Below, in pieces: positions 35,307 through 46,800 of a stretch of 64,000 nucleotides of DNA. The stretch comes from Oikopleura dioica. Its lineage: Eukaryota > Animalia > Chordata. The notes under the pieces are model-generated. The model worked only from the letters and a program-made list of their open reading frames with translations. It was not told where the DNA came from and ran no database searches. The translations under genes and the position numbers were made by a program. The first letter of the stretch is position 1. Every line of letters begins with the position of its first letter. The stretch covers positions 2,604,001-2,668,000 of the forward strand of contig OU015566.1 of the NCBI GenBank assembly GCA_907165135.1, written 5' to 3'.

Positions 35307-36152
35307 CTAAAAAAGATGTCTGGGTTTGTGTTAGTGGCTTAAACACCTTCCTGAAATATTCGCTAGCTCACTTTGCTCAACAGGTTTTTTGAAGTTCATC
35401 AGGAAGCTGCAGTTTGCCTAGAATCATTTGAATTTAACATTTTCTTACAAATTAAAAATAGATAAGCAAAAACCTCCATTCTCTGCTCTGTTCATTTCTC
35501 CCTTTGTATCTTATTATTTTCTCCCTTCTCTTTCTTTCTGTTTCTCTTGGACCGTCTTGGGTTTATCGACTTGTACTTTGGAATCGGTCCGTCGATTTTC
35601 TCAAAATCTGTCAAACTCAGAAGGCGGGGAACGTAGCCAGAGTCAATTTAAAAATCAGCAGCTGTACGGCCGAAATCGCTGTGCGCCCGAACGCGCCCGA
35701 AGAAACACGAACGCAAGGAGGTTTATTTTAACATGCATCGTTGCATCAACAACTGACACTACTTCTACTACTGTACTGATATTAATGACTATACACACTT
35801 TTGCACATCATTGAATTCAAGTATTTGCTCAAGGGACATACCAGGTACCAGTCTCATTAATTTTTGAAAAAAAAACAAGTTCGAAAATTAGTTTCGAATC
35901 AAAAATAATTTTAATTGAGCTTCTTATCATCAAAAACGTACCTTTCTGTAAATATCAATTCTAAGTTCTTTGCATGCGCAGCTTCGTATTTCTTTCATAA
36001 TGTCCATTAACAAAAAAAAATAAAAATATTTTCTTCAAATTTATTAGTAAAGGAATTTTTGTCACGCGCGATAGCAGTCAAAATCTCAACGCCAGATGCT
36101 AAACCGACAAAGTCCGTGACAGACAGATACTGTTTTATTCAATCTGAAGCTA

Positions 36153-36475
36153 TTAGAGAATGTAACTTGATGCAGGTCCATAATTCGATCGGTCGAGATT
36201 TCGATGATAGTTCGATTCTAGGTGACTTTCGACTAGCCCTTCAATGGCGGTCTTTCGACAGATCGTTGTAAGAGAACCGCCATTTTCGAAGATTTTCTTC
36301 ATGCTGATTTCGTTTGCAAGAGCATCTAAAGAGGTGAATTTTTAAGATAAAAAAGTGTCAAACCTCTGAAACACTCATCAAAAAGCAGCGTGAACTCAAG
36401 AATTTCCCTTTCCAATTCTGCATTCAGGGCTCCAAAGGAAACTCCAATGAAAAGAAGAAAAAAGAAAAATTTCAT
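36153..36475 (-). CDS. Small secreted two-Cys protein / peptide-precursor candidate, copy A
   Basis: Exons 36475-36364 and 36325-36153, 38-nt GT-AG intron: MKFFFFLLFIGVSFGALNAELEREILEFTLLFDECFRDALANEISMKKIFENGGSLTTICRKTAIEGLVESHLESNYHRNLDRSNYGPASSYIL*. Confidence 0.85.
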
Positions 36476-36861
36476 TTTTATGTTGTTCTAGGTGTTGACA
36501 ACACTGTTGAGACTGATTCTAATTACGAGTAAAGACGTATTATCTTCTGATGAATTCTGACGTCTTCGATTATCGAATGTAACTATTGATGAATAGACAA
36601 GATTTTCAGAAACAGAAGTTCAAGTGCAGAGTTCCAAATTCAACTTACCCAAGATTCACTGAGGTGAAGGTGAGTGAAGGTGAAAATTTTTACCTCATCT
36701 CACCTCACCTAAATTTTTCGAAAATTGGTTTTCACCAAACCTCACTTTTTCACCTCACTCTTGAGTGAAGGTGAAAAAGTGAATTTGGAGCTCATTAATT
36801 TCTTCATTGCACCCCCAAAAATCACATATTCCATGACAGACAGACTTTTTTATTCAAGCAA

Positions 36862-37192
36862 TTAGAGAATGAAACTTGATGCAGGTCCATAATTTGATCG
36901 GTCAAGATTACGATGATAGTCGCTTTTCAGATGACTTTTCACCATTTCTTCAATCGCTTCATTTCGGCAGATCTCTGAAAGAGATCCGCCACTTTCGACG
37001 ATTTTTCTTGTTTCATTTTCATCCTCGAGGCCATCTTAAAGGGTGATAATTGTATGAAAAAGGTCTCAAACCTCTAAAGCACTCATCAAAAAATAGCTTG
37101 AACTCGAGGAATTCCCTCTCAAAAATCTCAAGTTCTGAAATCAGGGATCCAAAAGAAGCTCCAATGCAAAAAAGAAAAAACGAAAAGTTCAT
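36862..37192 (-). CDS. Small secreted two-Cys protein / peptide-precursor candidate, copy B
   Basis: Same intron position: MNFSFFLFCIGASFGSLISELEIFEREFLEFKLFFDECFRDGLEDENETRKIVESGGSLSEICRNEAIEEMVKSHLKSDYHRNLDRSNYGPASSFIL*. Confidence 0.85.
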
Positions 37193-37463
37193 CATTTAAT
37201 GATTTCGAGTTCGAAACTGATTCTTATATGAGTTCAGACGCACTCAAATTAATTCTTACATCTTCAATTATTGATTTTTACTTATAAATTATTTAGGATA
37301 TTGAAAGGTTTTACGAATTCGTTCAAGAATGGGGCAAAAACAAAAACAGGATCATGAGGCCGTAATTATAATTTCATTCGTTAATTGCCCCGTAATTGGC
37401 GCGCTTCTGTTGGCAAAAATTGCAGGTCAGAATATTTTTCGGAAAACATTGAAATGAAAGGAA

Positions 37464-40400
37464 ATGGGCGACACTGAAGATATCTTTTCGAAAATCAGAA
37501 AACGAGAGGACCAAATTAACAGGAGAGAGATCAATAGACAGATAAGCTTTGGGAGCAGTGTTAGGAGGCAGATAAGTTTGAAGGAGCTTGGGAGGATGGA
37601 TACGATTGAGCTTGGATATGAGGTAAGGAGGGATAAGATTGGAGGGCCTGGCCAACTTACTTATCAATTTAAAGGCAAACAGAAGAAATTGCCGCCGCAA
37701 AGAAATCGTTTACCGATACTACCAGCAGGTGATTCACAACTTTTTGGACCGTCCCTCCGAAGGAACCCTCGGCCGGTTCTCGACCCTTTACCACTTCCTC
37801 TCCTTCATTTTGGTGGTTGCCTGTCTTTGTCTGACGGTATTCTCGACGATGGATGCTGATCCACGATTCGAAGAAGCGCTGAATTTCATTGAAAATATCA
37901 TGATCGTCCAGTTTTTCTTGGAATACATTCTGCGAGTTTGGAGCTCGGGCTGTAGAACACGATATAGGTAAGAATATTGAAGAAAGAGTATTTCAGCGAG
38001 CATCATTTTTTATAAAAGATATGACAAGAAACAAAATTTACAAAATGCAGATAAGATTAAGAGTTCTATAATTCCATTCGAGGTATCGGAATAGCTGCTG
38101 CTCCAGGAACCCATTGAGCTAAAATTACGATGAGTCATCATTTCAAGCATTTTCTTACCTTTTTGGCGGTTTCGGCATCACTCAACGAGCTTCCGAAAAA
38201 ATCCAATCTTCAAAAATATTCAAAAAATCATATGACCAAAGTGCTTACTGGAATTGATTTTTGAAGCGTTCAATTTCGATGTCAACAGCTTCATTTTTTC
38301 TCAGGAGCTTCTGGATTTTTCTAGTTCTCACTTTGACCCAATCGATCATGTGACCCGTTGCATACTCTGTCGCTTGGGTGATCAAAGCGATGAGAACTTG
38401 CGGGTCCTTAGCCGGCATTCCCGCCCAATCTTTGATAAGTTCAGGGTCAGTCCATTTTGAGGTGTTGTCGGGACTTCCTTGTTGTCTCCATTTTGCCTGG
38501 GTACAACTTGAAAAAGAAAAGGGAAAAAGAATTTCTACCTCCCAGACCATTTGGTTGGCCATATTGACGACGACTTGAGTTCGAATGATTTTGTCACCCT
38601 TTTTGATTTTCTCGATTGATTCTCGCTCATATTTCACTAAAAATAGCGAAATGAGACCCTTATTTTTCAGATAACTTACATGGTGAAGTCTTGAACCGGA
38701 ACTCTTCTAGCACATCTCCCAAAATTTTTTCATCATCGAAAATCTTCTCTGCTCCCTTTTTCGCCTCGGCAATCAGTTCCAATCCGAGCTCAGTTTTCCA
38801 GAATTTCTCATTTTCCGCAACGCTTGACTCGCATTTCAGCACTGGGTCACCGTGAAAAAGAACGGAATCGGAGTAGGCAAAAGCTCTAGAAATCAGCTCT
38901 CGTGCGATGATTTGCGCCAAGTGGTCGAATTCGCCAATTTCTAGCGCTCGCTTGAACCGTTCGGGATTATTTTGCAGGAGCCAGTCTTGGACAATCCAAT
39001 CTTTCACATCACGAATCGCTTTTTCGCGCTCTTGAGGAAACGGGGCGACGTAGGCTTTCTTGAGCTCAACAATGAGATTTGGAAAGTTGTCATCCCACTT
39101 TTTCTTTGCAGCGGCGAAAAATTCTCTTGATTCGTCGTTATCCCAGCAACACATTTTTTGATTAAAAAAGAGCGGATGGGATGCTTCCGCTCCGGAGAAG
39201 AGGTGTCTATTTTTGATCTAATGACCTTATTAATTGCTAATTTACTATATGGCGCGATCACCAATAAATTAAGGGGAATGCGCGGAAGATTGCGCTACTG
39301 CTGCCGAATCTTCTCAATCTTGGACTTGGTCGTCATCATCGTTGGTTTCTCCATGCTCGCACTTGGCCGCGACAATGAATCATCTCGATCGTTGTCCGCG
39401 ACGTCAACTCTCCGATCAATCCGTTTTCTCCAAATCGCCCGGGTCTTCCGCCTGGATCGCTGTGGAACGAGCTGGAAGTTGCTAAGAAGCGTTTTTCTAA
39501 CTCACGCGAAAGAGCTTCTCTCGGCGGTGTATCTTGGATCCCTGACTTTGGTTTTTTCGTCTTTTGCGATTTATCGACTCGAAAGTGGAATAAATCAACA
39601 GGTATTTTATCAAAAGAGGCCCGTTTTTTCATTGCTGGCCAATAAGGATCAACCTTTCAAATTTTCTTAGAACGGAACTGACCCCTTCGGTACTTTTGGC
39701 GATGCTCTCTGGTGGGGCGTATCAACCTTTTCGACCATCGGCTATGGCGATAAGGTACCATCAACTGGCATCGCGAAATTCATCTCAAGCATCCTGTCCA
39801 TCATCGGAATATGCTTCTTCGCCCTACCTGCTGGAATCCTCGGCACTGGATTCGCTCTGAAAGTTCAAGAGCAGCACAGAGTAAAGCACAATGTTAAACG
39901 AAGAATTCCAGCGGCGAGGTTGATTCAAACGCTTTGGAAGATTCACGCGGCTGAGCAGAGTATGCTCAGAAGATGCAGACGCAGCCAGTAAGAGGGCATT
40001 CTATTTGAATTTTCTCATTTGTTGAATTAGACGTGGTTCCTTCAGAAAGAAGAAAAATGAAATTTATCATGATCTAGTTCATACTCAACCAGAAATTCAA
40101 CAAGAACGGTCTCCATCGGCTTTTATTCAAGGTTTGATTCTCGAGATTTTTACGTGACATTCTTTGACAATTGTAGGTTTTGCAGGAATCCTATCTTCAA
40201 TCAAGAACCGGCAAGAAGACGAATGCTTTCTCAGCAGTGACTCTGGAGAATATTTTAAAAATGCATCTGAAGGAGCCAAAATTCAAGCAGTCAGATTTAT
40301 AACAAAAGTCAAGTTTTTTGTTGCTCGAAAACAATTCAGAGTAAGCCCTAGAAAATGACTTGTTCCTGATTTTTTTCAGGAAGCGCTGAGACCATATGAC

Positions 40401-40601
40401 ATAACAGATGTCATCGAGCAATATTCAAAGGGGTATCTTTTGGTGCATGACAGTGTCAAAGCTATTCGAGCCGGAAACGATGAGATAAATCTTGAACTTC
40501 AAGGTGAAAATGATGAAATAGCGAATTATTGAATGCTTGTTTTAAGCTCTTCGAGAGAAGATGTCGTTGATGATGTCAAAAATGGACAGGATTATTACTG
40601 A
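37464..40601 (+). CDS. KCNQ: KCNQ (Kv7) voltage-gated K+ channel
   Basis: NFLDRP...[14 protein letters not shown]; S4 [17 protein letters not shown]; pore [20 protein letters not shown]; [19 protein letters not shown]; helix [18 protein letters not shown]. Confidence 0.97.
38070..39154 (-). CDS. Hypothetical multi-exon gene nested antisense in the KCNQ intron 37967-39272
   Basis: Open segments 39154-38680 (MCCWDNDES...) and 38637-38250 joined by GT-AG introns, with further small exons; the 3' end is approximate. Confidence 0.65.
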
Positions 40602-40970
40602 TCAGCGGACGTCAAGTGTGGCCCTTGCACAACTCAAAATCGAGCAAAACCTTGGCAACGCGAAGTCAAAGAGGATCGAAAAAGCCAAATCATCATCTCT
40701 CGAAGGCAAAAGCGAATCATGTCCTGAATGAGTACTCTTCAATGTTAAATACAAAAATATGAATATGAAATTATGAAATGAAACGACTCTTGATTGTAAA
40801 AAAAGGAAAGATATCTCTCTTAGTTTCATAAATCTTATAGAAGAAAAGGGAAAAGATAACATGTTAATAATTAATATTTGCTTAATTTTCCCTTCACCCA
40901 TTTTTTGGAAATGACAGATGTAACACTGTCAGTATGTAGTTTTAAGTTCCGATGTGAGTACTTGTTCGAA

Positions 40971-41494
40971 ATGACATCAAAAAACTTGAGAACTTATGAT
41001 GGGTTGACTCCTGAGTCGGAGTCGCCAGTGACTGACAGCTCAACAGGTAAGAATAACTAATAAATAGGCAGTATTTATTGATATTATAAGATTTTCATGA
41101 TGAATTCAACAACTACAACCCAAGACTACAAACGCGAATGCGAACAAACCGGAATTATTTCAACCAAAGGCCTGCTAGAAACTCAACTCGGCGATCCTCT
41201 CAGCGAGATGATCGGACTTCAAACTCGGAAATTATGCAAACCCTTCGGCAACAAAACAACAATTTGACTGATGAAAATCGAACTCAAAGAGCAATGATTG
41301 TTTTTCTACTGGCTCAACTCAAAGTTCCTCGGCAGGAAACTCCTCGACAAGATAATCGTCGAATCTTCAACTTTGGAATCTATCAGGAAAACCCGACAGT
41401 TGAAATCTCGACTGCTTCTCAAGATGTCTCTTCTCAAGCTACGAATCTGCGGCGAGGGTCTGCCGGCCAGATGAACGAGTCTGAGCTTGACTAA
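40971..41494 (+). CDS. Hypothetical low-complexity/coiled-coil protein (2 exons)
   Basis: MTSKNLRTYDGLTPESESPVTDSST|gtaag...aag|DFHDEF...EIMQTLRQQNNNLTDENRTQRAMIVFLLAQL...*. Confidence 0.55.
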
Positions 41495-43822
41495 GATCGC
41501 GTTTTTACTATTTGCCCAAGAGTGTTTCATCGTTACTATTAGTAACTAACTAATGCAGTTTTCTTGAAATCGCAAATACTACATGTAAACTCAACATCAA
41601 TTTCTTTATCTTATCCAATTATCTTCAGGTTTGACTTTGATTGTCAAACTCGTGATTTCAACAATTTTGTTATCATTTCTTTTTATTTTTCTAATTTCCA
41701 ATCCTTTTTTTCGTCCGAAAAGCAATATTTTGTTTTTCCCTGATTTGATTGACAGCTATTTGCCGTTTGATTTAGGCATTCAATGGTTTACTTTCTTCAA
41801 ATATTTAATAAAATTAATCAAAAAGTGTCCTGTCTAATGCTTTATTTTCACGGCCATCAAGATTTTTGGCAACTCCGGTGGCATAAAACAAATCAGTCCG
41901 CCAAGTCCCATGAATAATTAATCCGCAAAAAAACAAAGCAGCTTTGTCAATGAAGCAGGCGCGTCCGAGGGTCCTCCTTTTTCTGTCCCTCATCTTTTCC
42001 CGCAAGCACTCTCCATCGGCCTCTCAAGGGAACCCGCCCGGCCGTCTCTAATCAAATCCAAAACTCTTTATTCCAATATTCTGTCCTACACAGTCAATAC
42101 TTACTTAAATATTCTTTCGAAAAAAGCAAAACACAGACGCACGGAAAAGAAATTCCTACTGAGAACAGAGCCGAATTCAGTGAAGATATGACAGAAAAAG
42201 CAGTCGAAGGAAATTTTAAAAAAATCTAGAAATTTGTAATATAGATTTCAGGGATAAGAGTAAGACCTTTCTAAGGTTCAAAAGATTTCTAAAAATATGA
42301 AAGATAAAGAAAATAAAGCGTCCCCATCGACAGGCGAAAAACGAGAGGCTCCAGATGGCGCTGTTCAGAAATCCGAGAGTTTTCAAGAAAGAAGCTCAAG
42401 AAGCTCGAGGGGCTGCTCTAGAAGAAGCTCGAAAGAAAGAAAGAAGCGAAAGGTTTCACAAGAAAAACGGGTAAGTAAAGAGGGGACAGATTCTCTTTCA
42501 CGAAAAAAGCAGGTTTTCGCGGTACTCGTTTTCAAAGAATTGATGCAAGCATGAGTAAATTGATCCTGGCATTCGTAAAAGCCGCAGCAACCGATTTTTG
42601 AGACGATTCTTTTCTTCGATTTTTTGTTCTTGTTATTTTTTATTCCGATAATGCGAGATTAAAAAAGGTCAACTTGTCCCGCCTGAGCTGTTTTTTCACT
42701 GCAATTAAGAATTTGTATTATTCGCAGATTGCAGATCTTTGTATAAGGGCATATTCACAAGATGGTACAATTATTTTGCAATTTGCGTTTGATCCCTTTT
42801 GAATATAGATAGAGGCGGCGAAAAGTATGAAAAAAGTGTCAAGCGTGATTTTGGAGACAACGAAGAGAATATAAGTTGAAATGAGAGCGGCGCATACAAT
42901 ATCCTCGTTCGCCACTTCGAGGAATGACCGTGATAATTACGGTTTTAAGGACAATAAAGATTCTGACATCCTTTCTCAAATCCGGCGATTCTTGGGAAAA
43001 AGTCGAAAAATAAGAAATTTCGCTCAATTTTCGCAAAAATATTTTTGACAAAAATTTTATTTTAAATAATTAAAATATTTTTTATCAAATAAAAAAATAT
43101 TTTTGACAAAAATATTCTCGAAAAAAAACCGTTGATTAGAATCAAATCACCACTTATTCGCAACGAGGGCAAAGTTGCCATCCCCGTTGGAAAAAAATCA
43201 CTGACCGAGGTAGTGGGCTTTGACCCGATCGCAAACCAGCGCGTATTGCAGGCGAAAAAGGAGCGCAAGCACCGGCGCAAAAAATTTAAGGTACGGGCTT
43301 AATTAAATCGATTTTGAAAGGGTAATTAGAAGGGTGAAGAAAGTGTTTATTCGGAAAAGTCAATAAGGGTGCTTTTTTGCATGGATTTAAAAACAAATGG
43401 CTTTATGTTTTTTTTTAATTGATTGATTGATTGTTTTTTAAATTGGCAAATAATCGACTCTTTATTTTCGGGATGGCGTCCGGAACCGACAAGAAAATTT
43501 CGACAAATTTTCCGTAGGCGGCTAATTGGCTTCTGATTGGCCGGTTTGCCAAATCCAGGGTTCTGATTGGTTGGAAATTTCCACACAAAATTTGTCTAAA
43601 TTTTTTTGCCGATTCTTGACGTCTCCCCTTATTTTCGATTTCAAAAGATTCAATGTCATCATTATGATATTAAGGATCTCACTTTCATAATATTGGGGAA
43701 AATAATTCTGAAAAATATTTTGACTTTGAATCAAAATTAAGAATTCATCTACCAATAGAATAAAAATGCATTTATTCACTTTAGGCCACCTGATTGAGCA
43801 CTCCCCTGGGGGCAGAGCATCA

Positions 43823-46800
43823 ATGAGTAAAATGAGTGATGAGCAGGCTGTCAGTTCGGCGAAAAAAAATATCGTCTAGCTGCTCACCCGATCAATTGAA
43901 ATACAACGTATCGCTGAATCCAGGGCCCCGTCCAGAATACTCCCCAGAGATTGGGGTCGCTCTCGTCTTCTTTTCTTTTTTGCACGCGCTCGAAGACGAA
44001 AAAAAGTATTATCGAGAACAAGCATCGCGGAATGATATAATTAATAAAACGTTTTCAAAACAAATGAATTAAAAGAAAAACAAGAATACAAAAAATTTGA
44101 TGACGAGAACAGAACCGAGATTCCGCTTTTGCGGGAGCACAGAAGCGGTTGAATTGCCAGAAGCAGTAAGAAAATATTTTTGCGAAAGAAATTTTGGCCG
44201 GCTTTAACACGAATGATATTATTTGAGACTGTATTTTTATTCTGATTTATAAATTTCATTCAGAATGCACATTTTCTGCGAGCGGCAAGATCTGGAAATG
44301 TGGAGAAATTTCAATTCTATGTTGAAGAAAAAGGTATTCATCGTTAATTTTCCCAAAAATGAGAGAAACATAATGCGTCTTTTTCAAATAGGAAAGATGG
44401 TTATTCAAATCAGAATTTCAATTTTATAATCTTTTTAAAATTTTTTTATAGTTTTATTGAGTAAAATCGTGTTGTATTCTAGCCATGCCTGGTTGATAAT
44501 TTTATCTTGTCAACAGATAGGGTGCCATAAAAATTCTAGTTTGTATGTTTTAAATATCAATTATGGTGCCTCATTTTGAATTTTTTTTAGTCGATATCAA
44601 CACTGTGAATACAAATGGTTTATCCGCACTTCATCTCGCAAGTAAGGAGGGTCATCAAACGATCGTAATCGAGCTACTCTCGCTAAAAGTAGACGTCAAC
44701 AAGGAACAGGCTTTTTCAATCAGACAAATCATTTCATTTCTGAATTCAATTTCTGAAAAAAAATTGCGCATTTCATTTTTTTCAGAGTCGTGAATAATAG
44801 ACCAAACTGTAGCTAAAGGTTGAATTCAGACATTTCTTGAAGAATTAAGCCGGTCTTTTAATCCGTTCATCCCTTTTCTTCGGAAGACACACGGAGCGAA
44901 AATCGATCAAATGTATAAGTAATTAATATACACCTTCAAAAGCATTTTGTTTCACCAAATCGCAAATTTGTAAAAGCCGAATAAAAAGACGACGAATCGA
45001 GGCAACACAGCTCTGCATATCGCCAGTCTAGCGGGACAGGACTCGATCGTGGAGAAACTCATCGAAGCAGGGGCGAATCCGAATTTACAGGCGCACGGTG
45101 GATTCACGCCGCTGTATATGGCGGCGCAGGAAGGACATGCCGATATTGTCAAACAGCTCTTAGCAGCCAAAGCAAACCAGGAAAGGGTTCAATCGATGTT
45201 CCTCATCAGAGTCATTTTAACAGCTGAGTTATCATGAGACAAATGATTATATTGGTACTACGGACGGTAACTGTCTAGTAAATACGGGTTAATTGTATGA
45301 CTCACCTCTTATGATTCGAGAAAATTTATAAATTCGTTTTATTCAAATAAAGATATGGTTTTTAGACGACATTTTTCTAGAGAGTTTCGATCATTAACCC
45401 TCTCATAGTCAATTCCGACAACAGATGGATTCACTCCCCTTGCAGTTGCCCTCCAAGAAAACCGCCACGATGTCGTGAATCTCCTTCTAGAAGACGATGT
45501 CAAGGGAAAAGTAAAACTTCCCGCCCTCCACATCGCTGCCCGAAAGAATGATGTCAAGGCTGCTGCTCTTTTGCTGCAGAATGAACCAAAGAATGAAACG
45601 GAAGAGGTTTTGATTGTGAACAGAACGACTGAGTCTGGCTTTACCCCACTTCATATTGCCGCGCATTATGGAAATCTAGGAATCGCATCGCTTCTTGTTT
45701 CCCGGTCCGCTGGAGTCAATTTCGTCGCGAAAAACGGCATCTCGCCTCTTCACGTGGCTTCAAAGCGCGGTCACGTGGGAGTGGTCAAAATGCTCTTAGA
45801 AAAAGGAGCGAGTATAGCTGCAACAACACGTGATGGGCTTACTCCTTTGCATTGTGCAGTTCGGCACGGTCATTTGAGAGTGGCGGAAATTCTTCTAGAC
45901 AAAGGAGCGAAACCCATGGTCACGGCTAATGGCCTCACTCCTCTTCATATGGCAGCGCAAGGAAACCATGAAGGCTGCGTGGGAAAACTGATCAAATGCG
46001 GCTATTCTGTCGATTCGAAAACGCACGATCTGTTGACTCCCCTCCACATTGCTGCCCATTGCGGACACTTGACCACTGCCAAGCTTCTTCTCCAAAAAGG
46101 GGCGGATCCGAATGCTGTGGCGATGAATGGTTTTACCCCTCTTCATGTTGCTGCGAAGAAAAATCGGTTCGAAGTGGTGAAATTGCTGCTTGAAAACAAG
46201 GCAAAAATTGAAGCGGTGACTGAAAGTGGCCTGACTGTACTGATGGTTGCGACGTATGCGGACAACTTGGCCGTGGTAAAGGTCCTAACCGAAGCTGGAA
46301 TAGCCCTCGACGCCCTAAACTCTCGAGGAGAAACGGCGTTGCATGTGGCAGCGAGAAATGAGCTCAAGACAAATCACGTGCTCGATCATTTAGTGAAATT
46401 GGGCGCGGATGTCAATGTGCGCGGCGAGGATGCTAATGGAGTCATTCATTTGGCAGTGCGATCGGGCTCCGTTTCTTCCGTCAAGAATCTGATCGAAGCT
46501 GGGGCGAGGATTAATGAGAAGGTTGAGTCTTCTGGATATGCGCCGGTTCATTATGCCAGCAAGGATGGAAATTTGGAGATGGTGCAACTTCTATGTTCGA
46601 AGGTAAGAAAGATCTCGATGATCTTATAAAAATTATTCGCAAAGTTTGAAATATCTATATCTTGTGATACCCTGTGATATAATTCTAGAAAAAGTAACGA
46701 AAGCTCTTAGCCTTCGAAAATATCTTAGGAAAACCATAATATGGAAGAAAAGATACTGTGAGTGAATTTTCTTAATAACTCGTACATGGTCAACTATCTT

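Noticed and set aside
41630-43050. Degenerate ORF fragments (possible BEN-like or TE-derived remnants; ORFs 41814-42005, 42297-42554, 42718-42915)
   Set aside because: Interrupted by stops and frameshifts, with no convincing motif, TIR or consistent splice model.
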